The position numbers and the translations under genes are program-made. A model generated the notes under the pieces. The model was given only the letters and a program-made list of their open reading frames with translations. It made no database searches and was not told the DNA's origin. 64,000 nucleotides of DNA from Octopus vulgaris (lineage: Eukaryota): assembly GCA_951406725.2 (NCBI GenBank), contig OX597818.1:102300001-102364000 (forward strand). The letters run 5' to 3'. Below are positions 28,591 to 42,310 of the stretch, piece by piece (the first letter of the stretch is position 1; each line of letters begins with the position of its first letter).

Positions 28591-28830
28591 AAAGTGCAAA
28601 AGATTGTCTTAACTGGTACATCACACGTATTGAGAAGAGCATTGTCGATGTGAGAACTGTTGCTGCTCATGTATTTTAATTTAACTTTAAAAAAAAAAGG
28701 AAAAAGAAATGAACGAACTACTGAGTTTGGTTTAATGGCCTACCATTGTATACTATGAGTTTCTTTGCCCTAGGAGTCGGGAAGACACTCGGCAAGAAAT
28801 GGAAGCAAATTCGAAAGAATAAAAAAAAAG
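28591..28830 (+). mobile_element. 5'-truncated R4/Dong-like non-LTR retrotransposon end inside (AAT)n
   Basis: KVQKIVLTGTSHVLRRALSM* C-terminus plus 3' UTR; (AAT)n on both sides. Confidence 0.7.
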
Positions 28831-28898
28831 TTATAATAATAATAATAATAATAATAAAAATAATAATAATAATATTAATAATAATGATGATGATGATG

Positions 28899-28990
<92 letters not shown>

Positions 28991-28997
28991 AAGAAGA

Positions 28998-29293
28998 AAA
29001 AAATGCTTTCTAATTGATGTATCAATACCGGCAGATGACAACGTGTCTCTAAAAGAAATGGAGAAACTCTCAAAATACAAAGACCTGGAAATAGAGGTAA
29101 CTAGAATGTGGAACCTGAAAACAGAAACAATTCCTATCATAGTAGGTGCATTAGGCATGATAAAAAAATATTCAGACAAATACATAACAAAAACACCAGG
29201 ACTTACAAACATATATAACATACAGAAAATTGCACTACTAGGCACTGCACACATCCTACTTATAATATTCATATAATAATGATGATGATGATC

Positions 29294-29364
<71 letters not shown>

Positions 29365-29536
29365 TGTAATAATAATAATAATAATAACAATAATAATAAT
29401 AATGCACACATCCTACGCAGAACAGTTTCTATACAATAACCATCAGAGCATCACAACAAATCACAGCACATACCTAAGGCACACAGACCTGTGCTCGGTA
29501 GTGATGTGAAAGCACGCTATAAAAATAAAACTACTG
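28998..29536 (+). mobile_element. 5'-truncated R4/Dong-like LINE (restriction-like endonuclease C-terminus plus 3' UTR)
   Basis: KKCFLIDVSIPADDNVSLKEMEKLSKYKDLEIEVTRMW...IPIIVGALG...QKIALLGTAHIL(RRTVSIQ*), typical of the RLE domain end; flanked by (AAT)n/(AAG)n. Confidence 0.85.
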
Positions 29537-29557
29537 AATAATAATAATAATAATAAT

Positions 29558-29655
<98 letters not shown>

Positions 29656-29678
29656 ATGATGGTGATGATGATGATGAT
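29537..29678. repeat. (AAT)n/(GAT)n microsatellite
   Basis: Direct inspection. Confidence 0.95.
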
Positions 29679-30637
29679 GTAAACATATACACAAGATATA
29701 TAATGTCTTTTGCAGATAGAAACGGGCGTATTAACCTGCAGTTAATCTTGTCTGCTATTCGTCTTGTTATTCCTCATGAAATACGATCAGTTTTGCTGAT
29801 ATTAAACAGGAAACTAAAATTTTTGAATGTGTGAATGAATCCTGAAAAAAATCTTGTAATGCCGTAATTGAATGAATTTTCAGGATTTTAATTTGTTGCT
29901 GATATCTATTTCTTTAAATATAAAATAATGCTGGTAATTACTTTTGACAGTTACAGTTATTGATAGAAATACCTTTCTTGTTAGAAATGTATGAGATGAA
30001 TGCATTCCAAATTTTACACTGCATTAATGATGTTCTTAATACTGCTCAGGGGTGTCTAATAGGTGACATTATTCAATGTTATCGTGATTGGATTTTCACT
30101 CTGAATCGCCGGAGTGTAGAAACTGATAATTAATAGCTATGGGGAAGATTTGCATTTAGTTTTATACATGACATTCGCCATCTGCTATCGTCACTGAAGA
30201 CATCAATGTCAGCTATTGATAGGAATTACTGACATTTCGCAAATTCGAAATATTTTAGTCATGTTAGGATACGCCGAAATTTTATATATTACTGTGTTTA
30301 ACTTTTAATTATACTTACGTATACACTGCAGAACATTGCCAGGAAACCTCTATACATTACTTATGGATTTCTGCAATTACTATTGAATTTATGTCCTAGT
30401 ATTTCAAATACCACTGACTTTTCCTGTCATAAATATTCTGATTGAATTTCTCTTGTATTAATCGAGGGCCTTGCAAGTTTTTATACATTCAGCATCCTTA
30501 ATTTAGTGAATGCTATTATTACTTATTACTTATTACTTTAAGTTAGAAAGTAATGAAACTTAGTCCTCAATATATTTAAGCAAGCGTATGTTTGTATACA
30601 TCTGGTTGTTTGTTGTGCGAGTAATTAAAGTAAAGTC

Positions 30638-31024
30638 GAGGCGCAATGGCCCAGTGGTTAGAGCAGCGGACTCGCGGTCGTAGGATCGCGGTTTCGATTC
30701 CCAGACCGGGCATTGTGAGTGTTTATTGAGCGAAAACACCTAACGCTTGACGAGGCTCCTGCAGGGGGTGGTGGTGAACCCTGCTGTACTCTTTCACCAC
30801 AACTTTCAATCACTCTTTCTTCTTCTTCCTGTTTCTGTTGTACCTGTATTTCAAAGGGGCCAGCTTTGTCACACACTGTGTCACGCTGAATCTCCTCGAG
30901 AACTACGTTAAGGGTACACGTGTCTGTGGAGTGCTCAGCCACTTGCACGTTAATTCCAAGAGCAAGCTGTTCATTGATCGTATCAGCTGGGACCCTCATC
31001 GTCGTAACCGACGGAGTGCTCCCC
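30638..31024 (+). mobile_element. tRNA-derived SINE family B, full length
   Basis: tggcccagtgg A box, ggtttcgattccc B box; flanking direct repeat aattaaagtaa at 30623-30633 and 31028-31038. Confidence 0.9.
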
Positions 31025-33912
31025 TAAAATTAAAGTAAGTGGAATTATGTAACAATTTCATTTTTTAAAGAAAATGAAGAGATTGTTACTATGCATCGAA
31101 CTCGAGAAACTGAGATGTTTTCATTCATGTAATGAAATTTGCTCACCTCTAACGGTTGTAAAAACAACGATGATATTTTTGTTTCCATGGCAGAGACAGG
31201 AAGTGTTTAAATACAAACGAAAAATTATTTTGACAAGTGCAAAAGATATGGGATCTGCATGATGTAAACGTTTTATAGAGTCATAATCTAGTTTATATTG
31301 CAATTCACATTACATCTGGGAATACACTGATTTAATATTTCTTAGAAAAATCATTAGGCCACCATGATATATGTTTTTCATCTGTGTTGAGTATGAAATA
31401 TATTAACTAACTTTGATTGAGAATAGAAGCTAATTTGTCTTGACATGTTGAGGTAAATGTCGTCAATAAATATAAATATATTATTTCCCTTATAATTAGT
31501 TAATTATTCTCTTATTAGGTCACATAAGTTATAAATTATCGTGTTGTTAATTCTGTAAATGTTCGAGACCAATTTCAGAAGGCGCTGAGTGTAGCATGTG
31601 TGTCTATCCAATCTTCTCTTAGAAAGGTCGTATTGTTGTGACAGGGAATATAAAACGTATTCCTCAATTTGGGCCCAGCCTTGCAGATTTCTCTATAAGA
31701 AAAATAGTTTATACAGAAAATTGTTCAAATTGAATACTGAAATTACACTGTTAAACGTATATTGACATGTATCTGCAGCCAGTAAAGTTTGCTAATCCTT
31801 CATATATATTATTTATTTGTATAATATATACAAGCTAATGATTTCAGTTAGATTACTAATATCTTTATAAGCTTGCCAAAAACAATAATCATAGTGTGTC
31901 CACAAAAAGAAAAAGAAGGCGCAGGTTCGTTCGAAAAGCGGAATTGATTAGACAAGAAATTGGTCTGGGGGTTGAATTTATAGAACAGTAGTATTTTATG
32001 ACAGAGTACTTTTTCACAAAAAGTGCACGTCAACAAATTATATTTTGTCAAAAAAAGATGAAGAATTTGCAATATATACTATATAATACAGGATACATAA
32101 TTATTTCAATACCGCTTAATGCGTTCCATCAATATTCAAGACTCTCCTAAGGAAGAAATACGTTTTCAACCACGAACACCAACATATGTGTTGAGTGCGT
32201 ACGAATTACGATAATTTCTTTTAGATAAACTAATTTTTCACCTATATATGGAGGGTTTTTGACGTGTATTTGATATTTCGAATAACAAAGTTACACGTGA
32301 CAAATCACTTGTATTACAAATATTGAATTTACAATTTCTACAATGTTTCAAGATGTAAATATAAACCAGTGCATCATTAGTTACAACTTCAACAATCATT
32401 CGTAGATTACATAATTAACAACCGATTACTCAGGTCAAAATGTGTATAGTATGAATAAAACGTGCAAAATTATGGGCATACAAAAGTTGGGAATTTCGCT
32501 GACATTATTAATGTTACAGTTATCTTGATCCCAATCTAATTTCTATCGCAATTGTTCTTTCTGCATATGGTTTCCTACATATTCCATATATATGACATAT
32601 ATTTGAATCAACATATCCATTGCGCAATAATTCAAAGTTAGTAAAATCATTATTTTTGATTTATGTAAGGTTTACGTCATGAGGTGAAAGATAGTTGATA
32701 AAGATTTGTTTAGAATTACAGTAATTTTTTGATAATAATTTTTCATTATAAGTAATATAACAATCAATACTAAAACACTCTGTTCCTTTGTCTTCATTGC
32801 TATGCCAATCGCATTAATCTTTGTTTTATATTTTGGCCAATGCCAAAATTAATGAAACAATTACTGTAAACAACGGGATGTTCCCAGACTCTCTATTTGT
32901 TCGAAATAAACTTTATTCCAAAGTAGAAATAATGATTACTTTTTATAAAAGTCTTATGTCCTGTCACAGTATTTTTACAATACAGCCTACACAAATATAC
33001 AAAACACATCAGGAATTTCCATTCACCATTTATATGTTGTGATGTGATCATTAGCAACAAAGGAAAACAGTAGAAGGTATTTTAATATTGGAAACTAATA
33101 AATTCGTTGATATTTTATTATCATTTGGAATACATAATTATAATTATATATGCGAAATGATAACAGAATCTATCATTTATTATTATCATTATTGTTGTTG
33201 TGGTTGTTTTTGTGGTTTTATAGTGGTTCATGGAGAAAAATGGTTTTCACTTTTGAATTCGATTCCCAAAATTATTTAAATATCACGTGAATTAATCAAA
33301 GCAATTTTTTCAAAGTGTACATGTGTTATTATTCAATTTATATTTATATTCAATTTCTATTTGCCGTTTAGAAATATATTATCTTCGCAGAATATCAATT
33401 AGCGATCAATGAAGAGTTATCTTGCGCAATAAGAAAGCAGTTGAGAATTTCATTTAAATGATTGCATTGCATCATATTTTGTATAAAATATTATCTTTTT
33501 TTATACACATTTTAATCTTCTTGCGTAGAATAAATAATAAACAACTCCAATAACTGAAAAGAAGCAATGAATAATTATGTATTATTTTGAAGAATATTAC
33601 TTGGTAGAATTGAAAGCTTGTTCCCATAAATCGAGTACATTTTTATGTAATGGCAGTTAAGTAATACATTGGATTATTTTATCGTTTAAATCTGGAATAT
33701 TTGATTTTAAAAAAAAGTAAAGTGCTGAATGCTCTCGCTTTTGTTCATTCAGTTTTCCGGACCACTGTTCTGTCATCGACCGACGTATGTTCGTGAAAGC
33801 CTTTTATATTCAGAGAATAAGATTAAAATCCAATATAAATAAAATGCATTCCTTCAAAAAATATATCGTCTGCATGTAGTTATAAATTGAAAATAGCAAA
33901 TCAAAGAATTAA

Positions 33913-34512
33913 TTTTTTTTTATTGCACACAGAAGGCTAAACATAGAGGGGACAAACAAGGACAGACAAATGGATTAAGTCGACTATAGCGACCCCAGTG
34001 CGTAACTGTTACTTGTTTAATCGACTCCGAAAGGCCGAAAGGTCAAGTCGACTTCGGTAGAATTTGAACTCAGAACGTATTGTCAGACGAAATACCTATT
34101 TCTTTACTACCCACAAGGGGCTGAACACCGAGGGGACAAACAAGGACAGAAAAACGGATCAAGTCGATTATATTGATCTCAGTGTGCAACTGGTACTTAT
34201 TTAATCGACCCCGAAATGATGAAAGGCAAAGTCGACATCGGCGGAATTTGAACTCAGAACGTAGCGGCAGAGGAAATACCTATTTCTTCACTACCCACAA
34301 GGGGCTAAACACAGAGGGGACAAACAAGGACAGACAAAGGGATTAAGTCGATTATATTGACCCAAGTGCCTAAATGGTACTTAATTTATCGACCCCGAAA
34401 GGATGAAAGGCAAAGTCGACACTCGGCGGAATTTGAACTCAGAACGTAACGGTAGACGAAATACCGCTAGGCATTTCGCCCGGCGCGCTAACGTTTCTGC
34501 CAGCTCGCCGCC
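33913..34512 (-). mobile_element. SINE family A, tandem trimer (one head plus three ~184-bp units)
   Basis: Unit junctions gaaatacc|tatttc at 34096/34097 and 34280/34281; head at 34466-34512. Confidence 0.92.
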
Positions 34513-34639
34513 CTAACCGAAAAATTAATTATCGTTTAAGATGCTTCATGCCTGTCCTGCGTTCATCATTATTTACTCGTCATTCTCCCGTCGATCATCA
34601 TGGCCCATATTTATTTGAGGGAAATGTGACCGGTGATGT

Positions 34640-34780
34640 GAAATCCACCGAGGTCGACTTTGCCTTACATCCTTTAGAGGACGGTAAATTATGAGCTACT
34701 TGCGTAGTGTGATCGAGATCTTCAACTAACCCCCTCCCTAAAATTTTCAAGCCTTGTAGCTCTACGAGAAATAATTATTT
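34640..34780 (+). mobile_element. SINE family A variant fragment (alternative tail)
   Basis: ccgaggtcgactttgcctt...taacccctccctaaaattttcaagccttgt. Confidence 0.65.
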
Positions 34781-36007
34781 TCTATTCATGAGCATTAGTA
34801 TATTACATGTTTGACCAATCCAAGTTATACATATATTAGTATGATATTGGTAAATCTCTTTAGAAACAGAACTTTCACTGCGTTTATCGTAGAATTATGA
34901 CCTCTCACTGTTACGCATCGTTAACAAAATGGTTATACACATAATAACAACCGATTCATCGTCGAGATATAGATGTTAGTGTTAAATAAAACGAGCACAT
35001 AAAAGACAATAATTGTACAATACCCTAAAAATTAGGTACTTTAGATAATAGGCATGCGGGATCAAGATTTAGCTGGGTAGCAGCCACAAGAAAATGTACA
35101 CAATTCTAATTTCAATAGTATATCCTTTCGAGATTAAATCACACACGTTTCTTATACGAATGCCACGCATTAATCAACGATAATATATTATCAACTACTT
35201 GAACCGAAGTATGTATCTATTGCGTTCAATATATTATGCAGATAAAGTACACATAAATACACCACGGAGAGGTCGTAGACGACTATTATATTCAACGGCA
35301 TAACAAATGCGGCCGTGAGTATGAGATTCCTACTGAGATGCATAATAAAATACGGCGAATCCATAATAAAATTTGTTTAAACGATCAGAAGGTGATATTA
35401 TATTCGTATAATTTAGCATTTATTTTAGTTCATAGACGTTAAATTGTTGGGAATTATTCCATTCAAGGCAAACCAATCTGTATTTAGCTAGAACGAAAAA
35501 GAGCGTGGTGTGTTTGGAAATGGGTAAGAAAGAATAAGAAGCAATACTTTTCCTATAATGCCAGAAGGATACGTGTTTAAGTCTTTGAAGTAAACAACCA
35601 AAATATTGTTAATTTCAAACTACCATTGAATAACTTTAATTTGTTTTTTTTTTCCCCAATATATATTTTCACTTCTGTATTAATACATATTTTGTAATCC
35701 TTTTTTTTTTTAAATTCCCCTTTCGCTTTAATTTGTGCAAAAATTGTTGAATCTTTCGTATCTGTGAAACAACAGATGTAGATTTCGCTAAATTACACAC
35801 ATACACTCACGCACACAGACACACACACGCCCGCACACACGCAAAACACACACACAAATACACACACATACACATACATACATATGTACTTCTCTATATA
35901 TCGTTTATATATACATTTATACTCATAAATATATACATGCTTATATAGGTGTCCATGCACAAAAGTTAAAGGATGCCTGTGCGTGATTGTGCGTGTGTGT
36001 GGTGATG

Positions 36008-36012
<5 letters not shown>

Positions 36013-36104
<92 letters not shown>

Positions 36105-36141
36105 TATATATATATACATACATATATACACATATATTTAT

Positions 36142-36199
<58 letters not shown>

Positions 36200-36204
36200 T
36201 ATAT
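36013..36204. repeat. (TA)n-rich microsatellite
   Basis: Direct inspection. Confidence 0.95.
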
Positions 36205-36211
36205 GAACACA

Positions 36212-36360
36212 TAGGCGAGGCTGTGTAGTAAGAAGGTTGCTTCTCAACCACATGGCTACGGGTTCAGTCCTACTCTATGGCAGCTTAGCCACGTGGCTTC
36301 TACTATAGCCTCGGGCCGACTAAATCCTTGTGAGTGGATTTGGTAGACAGACACAACCGC
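36212..36360 (+). mobile_element. SINE family C, 5' half
   Basis: aaccacatgg...gggttcagtcc...ctatagcctcgggccgac...gtggatttggtagac. Confidence 0.85.
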
Positions 36361-36438
36361 ATTGTATACATATATATATATTTTATACAGAGAGAGAAGG
36401 AGAGAGAACGAGAGTTTGAGAAAACGAGAGAGAGAACT

Positions 36439-36487
<49 letters not shown>

Positions 36488-37150
36488 AGACAAAATATAA
36501 CCACTATTGGAACTTTCAGACAAGGTACAGATTTTTTTCAAAAATATTTTTTCACCTGTTACATAGACCATTCTACATGAGTAATGGAACTGCAAATACA
36601 ATATCCCTATACATCTCACTTCTATATTCCTTCTATTAATTCCCTCTGAATTTCATATCTTCTCTACAGTAATTAATACGCATTTTCTCGCACCATCTCT
36701 GATGGAGGTGTTCATAAAATATCACGTAAAAAGCCGTATGATATTTTCTTGATAAATGTTATATAATCTATCTACTGTTTTGGCCTTTTTTAATCTCATT
36801 CTGTCAACTTATATATATGCATGCTAATACATGACCCACGTTGGACACCTCACTCGTATCATTCTTGAGCCTGGAGCTTAACAATTGTCTTTACATAGCA
36901 CCTACTTAGCGTTTACCCGACACCTTTTCGGGCTTCCGGACACCAATATATTTCATACACGATATATATATAAAAAAAAATGTAGTGGAAATCCGAAAAC
37001 GACGGTGCGCATGCGTTTGTATGTAAGAGCGTGTATATGCGTGTGTATAGGAGCTGGTGACCTGACGTGTGCATGTGTGTGTGTGCATGCATCTATGTAT
37101 TGTATCTATATATGTATAGCTATGCATTTCTGTCTCTCCCCCTCTCTCTC

Positions 37151-37185
<35 letters not shown>

Positions 37186-37390
37186 CCATACGTATGTACA
37201 AGCATACAATCGTACATGCATACTTTGGTGCAGCTTTAGTGAAAAATATAGGTTCGTGTATCTCTAATTGTACACATTTATAAATTGTTTTCATATGTTT
37301 CTTCGTGCTTGTGTATAGTTTTGTTGTGTGTTTGTGTTCCTGAGTGTGTGTGTATGTATGTATGCATATATGCATACATCTATACGTGTG

Positions 37391-37440
<50 letters not shown>

Positions 37441-37497
37441 TAGATATAGATAGATAGATAGATAGATATATAGATAGATAGATGTATATATATAAAT

Positions 37498-37551
<54 letters not shown>

Positions 37552-38334
37552 GGGGGAGAGATATATTTGACATGCGAGAGTAAGAGACAAAGAGTGAAAA
37601 ACAGCAAGAGTGAAGGTGGAAAATGAGTATATAGCATACACTATATTGACGATTCATTTATATTCTTTTATATTGACCCTCCATTTTCCCTCTTCAAATA
37701 AAGTCTATGGGAAACACTGTTGTGCAGTGGTGTAGCTGGTATCTTCACAATATTCTCAAATATTAACTATGTCTACTATAGAGACCAATATCGATTACCA
37801 TGATGGGGAAGGACATTGACATGCGCTTTATATTTTTAATTTATGCGACGATGAAATATTACTGGCAAGAAAATATCGACGATATATCAAGTTAAGTAAA
37901 AGAATTGGGCCAACTAGAATAATGTTCGTAATAGAATGAATTTGCGTGTGTACCTCTGATATAGTGTGTGGAATTTTATGATGTAGACATAATACTTTCG
38001 ATCAGGACAGTATATTACAGCATTTCAGTTAAAATAAAGTAAAGAGAAAATTGCGACATTACTCAAGTTATGATCCACCCAACTTATATTCACTTTATAA
38101 AACATGGAATATATTAGAAGTACATTTCAGGAAGTGCAACTCTGGAATATTACGAAGTATCTACTGTAAAAATGCAGAGGTATCTGCTGAAGTATAATAG
38201 AACATTAATACTATTAGGAAAGGTAAGTAATGAAACAAAATAAAACTCATTTCACTTCAAGTAAAGAAAAAGTAGAAAAATGCATGACAACAGATATATG
38301 AAGAGAAAAGTGTAACGATAGATATTGATATATA

Positions 38335-38525
38335 ATTTAAAATTTTGGTGGAAGGGTTAATTCTTTTACATCGACACCGCTCCACAACTGTACTTATTTT
38401 ATCGACCCCAAAAGAATGAGCGCCTATGTCCACCTCGGTGGAATTAGGATTGAGAGTGTAAAGAGGGACGAAATATCGCTAAGCATTTTGCCTGTCGTTC
38501 TAATGATTCTGAGAGCTCGCTAGCT
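38335..38525 (-). mobile_element. Diverged SINE family A variant
   Basis: tacttattttatcgacccc...cgaaatatcgctaagcattttgcc...gagctcgc. Confidence 0.7.
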
Positions 38526-40084
38526 TAATAATTATAATAATAATTAACACGTCAATTACGAAATTAATATATTGCTGATGAACACAAAAATGCCAAACAC
38601 CCCTGTAATACCATGTCTGTTAAGTGTTTGAGGACACCATAGATAAGACTTTAGTTTATACTCTGTAATCCGCTTGTGATTTGTGGAAGTCGATAAAATC
38701 TTACCCATGTTCTATATATTTTGCAGAAAAAAATTATATATTTGTGTAAAGTGCAGCTAATTGGGAATGTTGCTATTAACGTCAACAGCAACACAGGAAT
38801 GAAAAATCTCAGCAGGCAAGTATTGATTACCACACTCAGCGATATTGAAAGCACTCAATATAAATTGATCAGCTACTTTACGACCATGATATGTCGACTA
38901 TAACGTTTCAAAATAGAAACTATTAAAATAACTAATACGTAAAGCAAACGTAAAGGTTACGGATAAATTATGAATCATCTCTTCTATACAGATGAACTGA
39001 AACTATTTGCATGTAGAAATACTCTACGAAATATTATTCAGAAAATCACACAGGCTATGAAAGGTAGGATTAATCGAGATGGATATGTCATAACTACAAT
39101 GATAGGCAAAAGCTAACTAAATGTAGGAACATTAAATCAGATTATTCGAAATCAGAAAATTATGATCTGTCCGCCTTTGCTCATCTTGGCTTACGTAAAG
39201 TCCTACCCTCTGTATCCAAGAGTAATTCTCTGAAATAGATTAAGTTTTGAAGTAAAGCATTCAGAGTCAAACACTGGAAGTGTAGTATAGAATTTTCAGA
39301 CTTGATGATACACATTTCATCAACGTTCGAAATATCCGTGATACAGTGGTTCAAAACCACACGTTGAAACTTCTAGGCTTTTTACATGAATCAGTCAGAA
39401 CATCCTCATTGAGCGCATACTAAGTTAGATAGTACAAGAGGCATACGAGTATAAAAAGGACTGGATATTTTAACTGAAACAACAGAGGAAACAAAACTGC
39501 CAAGTATTTTTTTTCCTGGGATACGTCGTGGTGGAAAATCATAAAGTGGAATGGAATACAACTTTCAACTTTTCTATAAAATGTGATAAGATAATATAGA
39601 GTTCACAATAGATTATTTTACCCAATGAAATTAACACCGCATTTTACACAACCTGGACATACTCAAAGAAAATTGTCGTAAATACATTATCCCTCTGTTC
39701 CTCACCCTTTCCCTCATTAAGTCTCTCTCTCACCCACTCTCTTCTACACACACACACACAATGTTGTGCATACACGCTGACTTATAACTACCTGTTTCTG
39801 CTTATCTATCGTCACTCTAATTTTACATATAATTGATATTGTGTTCTTTGTCGATCGTCAATCTACCGGGAATTTATTTATCCTCATTTTTATTCACCTT
39901 ATTCATTATCCGATATGAATTTCAGACACGTTATAATACTTACATTTGCCTGTTAATTCCCTCCCTTTATCTTAGTATTCTATAGAGAAGAGGTGAATAC
40001 GCACGGAGTAATTTAATTCTTTCTATCATACGGTTTAAGGCATTGATATGGTATATACACACGCGCACACACACGCACATATAA

Positions 40085-40330
40085 TGGAACAAAATGCAAT
40101 AGAGGACAATAAAATATTCGGACAGATAGACGATACCAAGGCGGACAAGAGAAACAACAATTAGAAGGAGAGGTAAAAACAGATGGTTCATTTGCCGCCT
40201 TCATTACTCAGTCAAGTTGCCAGAAGTCCTTACTCTTTCGGGTAGTTACACTTGAGACAGTTCGATTTGGTTGCCCCCTCCCCCCCAAAATGAATGTCTA
40301 AGCTAAGAGCTTTAGGCTTTTATGTAAGAA
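40085..40330 (-). repeat. Diverged inverted copy of the 3200-3440 repeat
   Basis: ctaagctaagagc, ttacacttgag, ctcagtcaagtt, cagatagacgatac match the reverse complement of 3227-3375. Confidence 0.6.
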
Positions 40331-40413
40331 AGCTAGCGAATGTCTTCGGCAACAATGACACAAAATGGAGGATGTGGTACATGTATGTATGTATATATAT
40401 ATATAGATAGATA

Positions 40414-41415
40414 CAGAGCTGGGCGTAAGACCGTCAATCTGTTAATCGTTAATTAATGAAGGTGACATTTTCAGTAAAGATTTAACCTTTAAGTTATCTT
40501 TGAAAATCATTATCGAATTAATTAACTTTCGTTACATCTAACTTCCGTTAACTCAAGTCCGTTAACCCCAAAATTTCATCAAAACCAGTAAACATTTAAA
40601 AGTTTCTATTGTTTTTAGATTCAGTATTTTATGCGTTATTCTTTCAGACATTATTAGGCCCTTTAAAATTTTAAACTATAAAATCAGCATTTTTTACACA
40701 CTAAAGCGGAAGAAAAACTACAGTGTGAGAAAAAAACGATGAGCGAGGTTTGGGTATGTGCTAGAATCAACAGCCAGATATCCTTTAAATCATACATTTC
40801 CCTCTGAAATTATTAACAACTTATTTTATTAAACCGAAAATATTGCTCTCAAGTGGTTTCAGTGCATAGTGAAAAGAAAGTGATCAAAATCGTATCGGAT
40901 TGTGGTGGAGAGTAGGTGGTGGGTGTAAATTTTTTTCTTTCGCTTTCTTCTGAAGAATTTCGTGAAAGACATTGGAAATAATCCCCGTCAAAATGAAGAA
41001 ATTACAATATATAGGGAACTCCGTTTTCCAGTAAACTCCATCCCCATCCGCACCCTTCCAAAAATTTTGACAAGTAACATCTTTGTAATCGTAATCAACA
41101 CCGTTTCAAAGGTATTTGCATAACATTTTATTAAAAAATGCCTATTTTCCAGAAAGTTATGAGATAGAAAATGTCGGGTCCCAAGCATCTAGAAAAGGTT
41201 TGCAACAAATCTTTACAAAAACTCAATCTACAGGATATAAGCGATTATATGGGGAAATTTTTGCTAAGAAGTATCCATTATCCTGGAACTTAGGAGACAA
41301 CAAATTCGGTGCGGTTTTAAACTGTAGATATGCCTTATTTCAATAAAGATCTTCCGTTTACAGATTCGTTACATTTTCAAAGCATTAACGGAGTGAGGAT
41401 TAACGACGTTAAATT
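40414..41415. mobile_element. Possible non-autonomous hAT-like element
   Basis: Starts CAGAGCTGGGC with many subterminal gttaa/ttaac motifs; similar motifs at 41350-41412; right TIR and TSD not seen. Confidence 0.35.
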
Positions 41416-41416
41416 T

Positions 41417-41463
<47 letters not shown>

Positions 41464-41468
<5 letters not shown>

Positions 41469-41540
41469 TTTGAGGGAAAATTAATCCTAACTTACAGGTA
41501 AAAAAATTAAATTCAGAAATACTAAGTCAAATTTCACACA

Positions 41541-41548
<8 letters not shown>
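41464..41548 (-). mobile_element. Short (TA)n-embedded terminus related to 17788-17862 and 55325-55400
   Basis: tcctaacttacaggtaaaaaaattaaatt...aatttcacac versus tccaaacttacagggaaaaattagattt...aatttcacag. Confidence 0.6.
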
Positions 41549-41619
<71 letters not shown>

Positions 41620-41623
<4 letters not shown>

Positions 41624-42253
41624 CTTAACAATTGAGGATAAAATCTTTAAAAGAAATTATCAGTAGACAGCGTGAAAAACCTCGTAAGAGAAAAAATAAT
41701 CCGTAAATTCTTCCTCTTTGAAAATATTCATTTATATTATATTGAGGGTACTACTATTCGTAGATACCAACACGCTAAGAGGAAGAATTTACGGATTTTT
41801 TCTCTTACGAGGTTTTTCACGCTGACTACTGATAATTTCTTTTAAAGATTTTATCCTCAATTGTTAATTTATATTTTCCACCGGAATAGTTCAATACTGA
41901 ATTTTTATTCCGAATAGACAATTTGTTACCGAAATGCATTGCGAATGAGCCCGCCATTTTCATAGATATATAAAGATAAACATTCGGACATGCTACGACG
42001 AATTCTACGGTTGGCTATCGAGCTTGTAATGTTATGTTTTTCTATTATATTTCTTGAGTTTGTTGCACTGATGAACATAGAAATGCATATTCTGCATTTA
42101 AATGCGAAATCACATGTGGTATGTAACTGAATTCTTTTTTTAAAATGATGTGTTTTGAAGTTTTGCATTCGGTAAAATTTTGTTTATTTTTAGTAGTTTT
42201 GACCGCATTGGTCCCTCTTAGCGTGTTGGTATCTACGAATAGTAGTACCCTCA

Positions 42254-42263
<10 letters not shown>
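41620..42263. mobile_element. (TA)n-bounded element with two interleaved inverted repeats
   Basis: IR1 41620-41718 / 41777-41872; IR2 41733-41782 / 42214-42263. Confidence 0.8.

Positions 42264-42309
<46 letters not shown>

Positions 42310-42310
<1 letters not shown>

Noticed and set aside
28718-29407. 229-aa minus-strand ORF
   Set aside because: Antisense of the R4/Dong fragment extended by (ATT)n repeats
31900-32075. Near-open plus-strand frame RKRRRRFVRKAELIRQEIG...
   Set aside because: Internal stop, no recognisable domain or splice context
33913-34512. CRISPR or independent satellite
   Set aside because: Units are SINE bodies found dispersed elsewhere in the window
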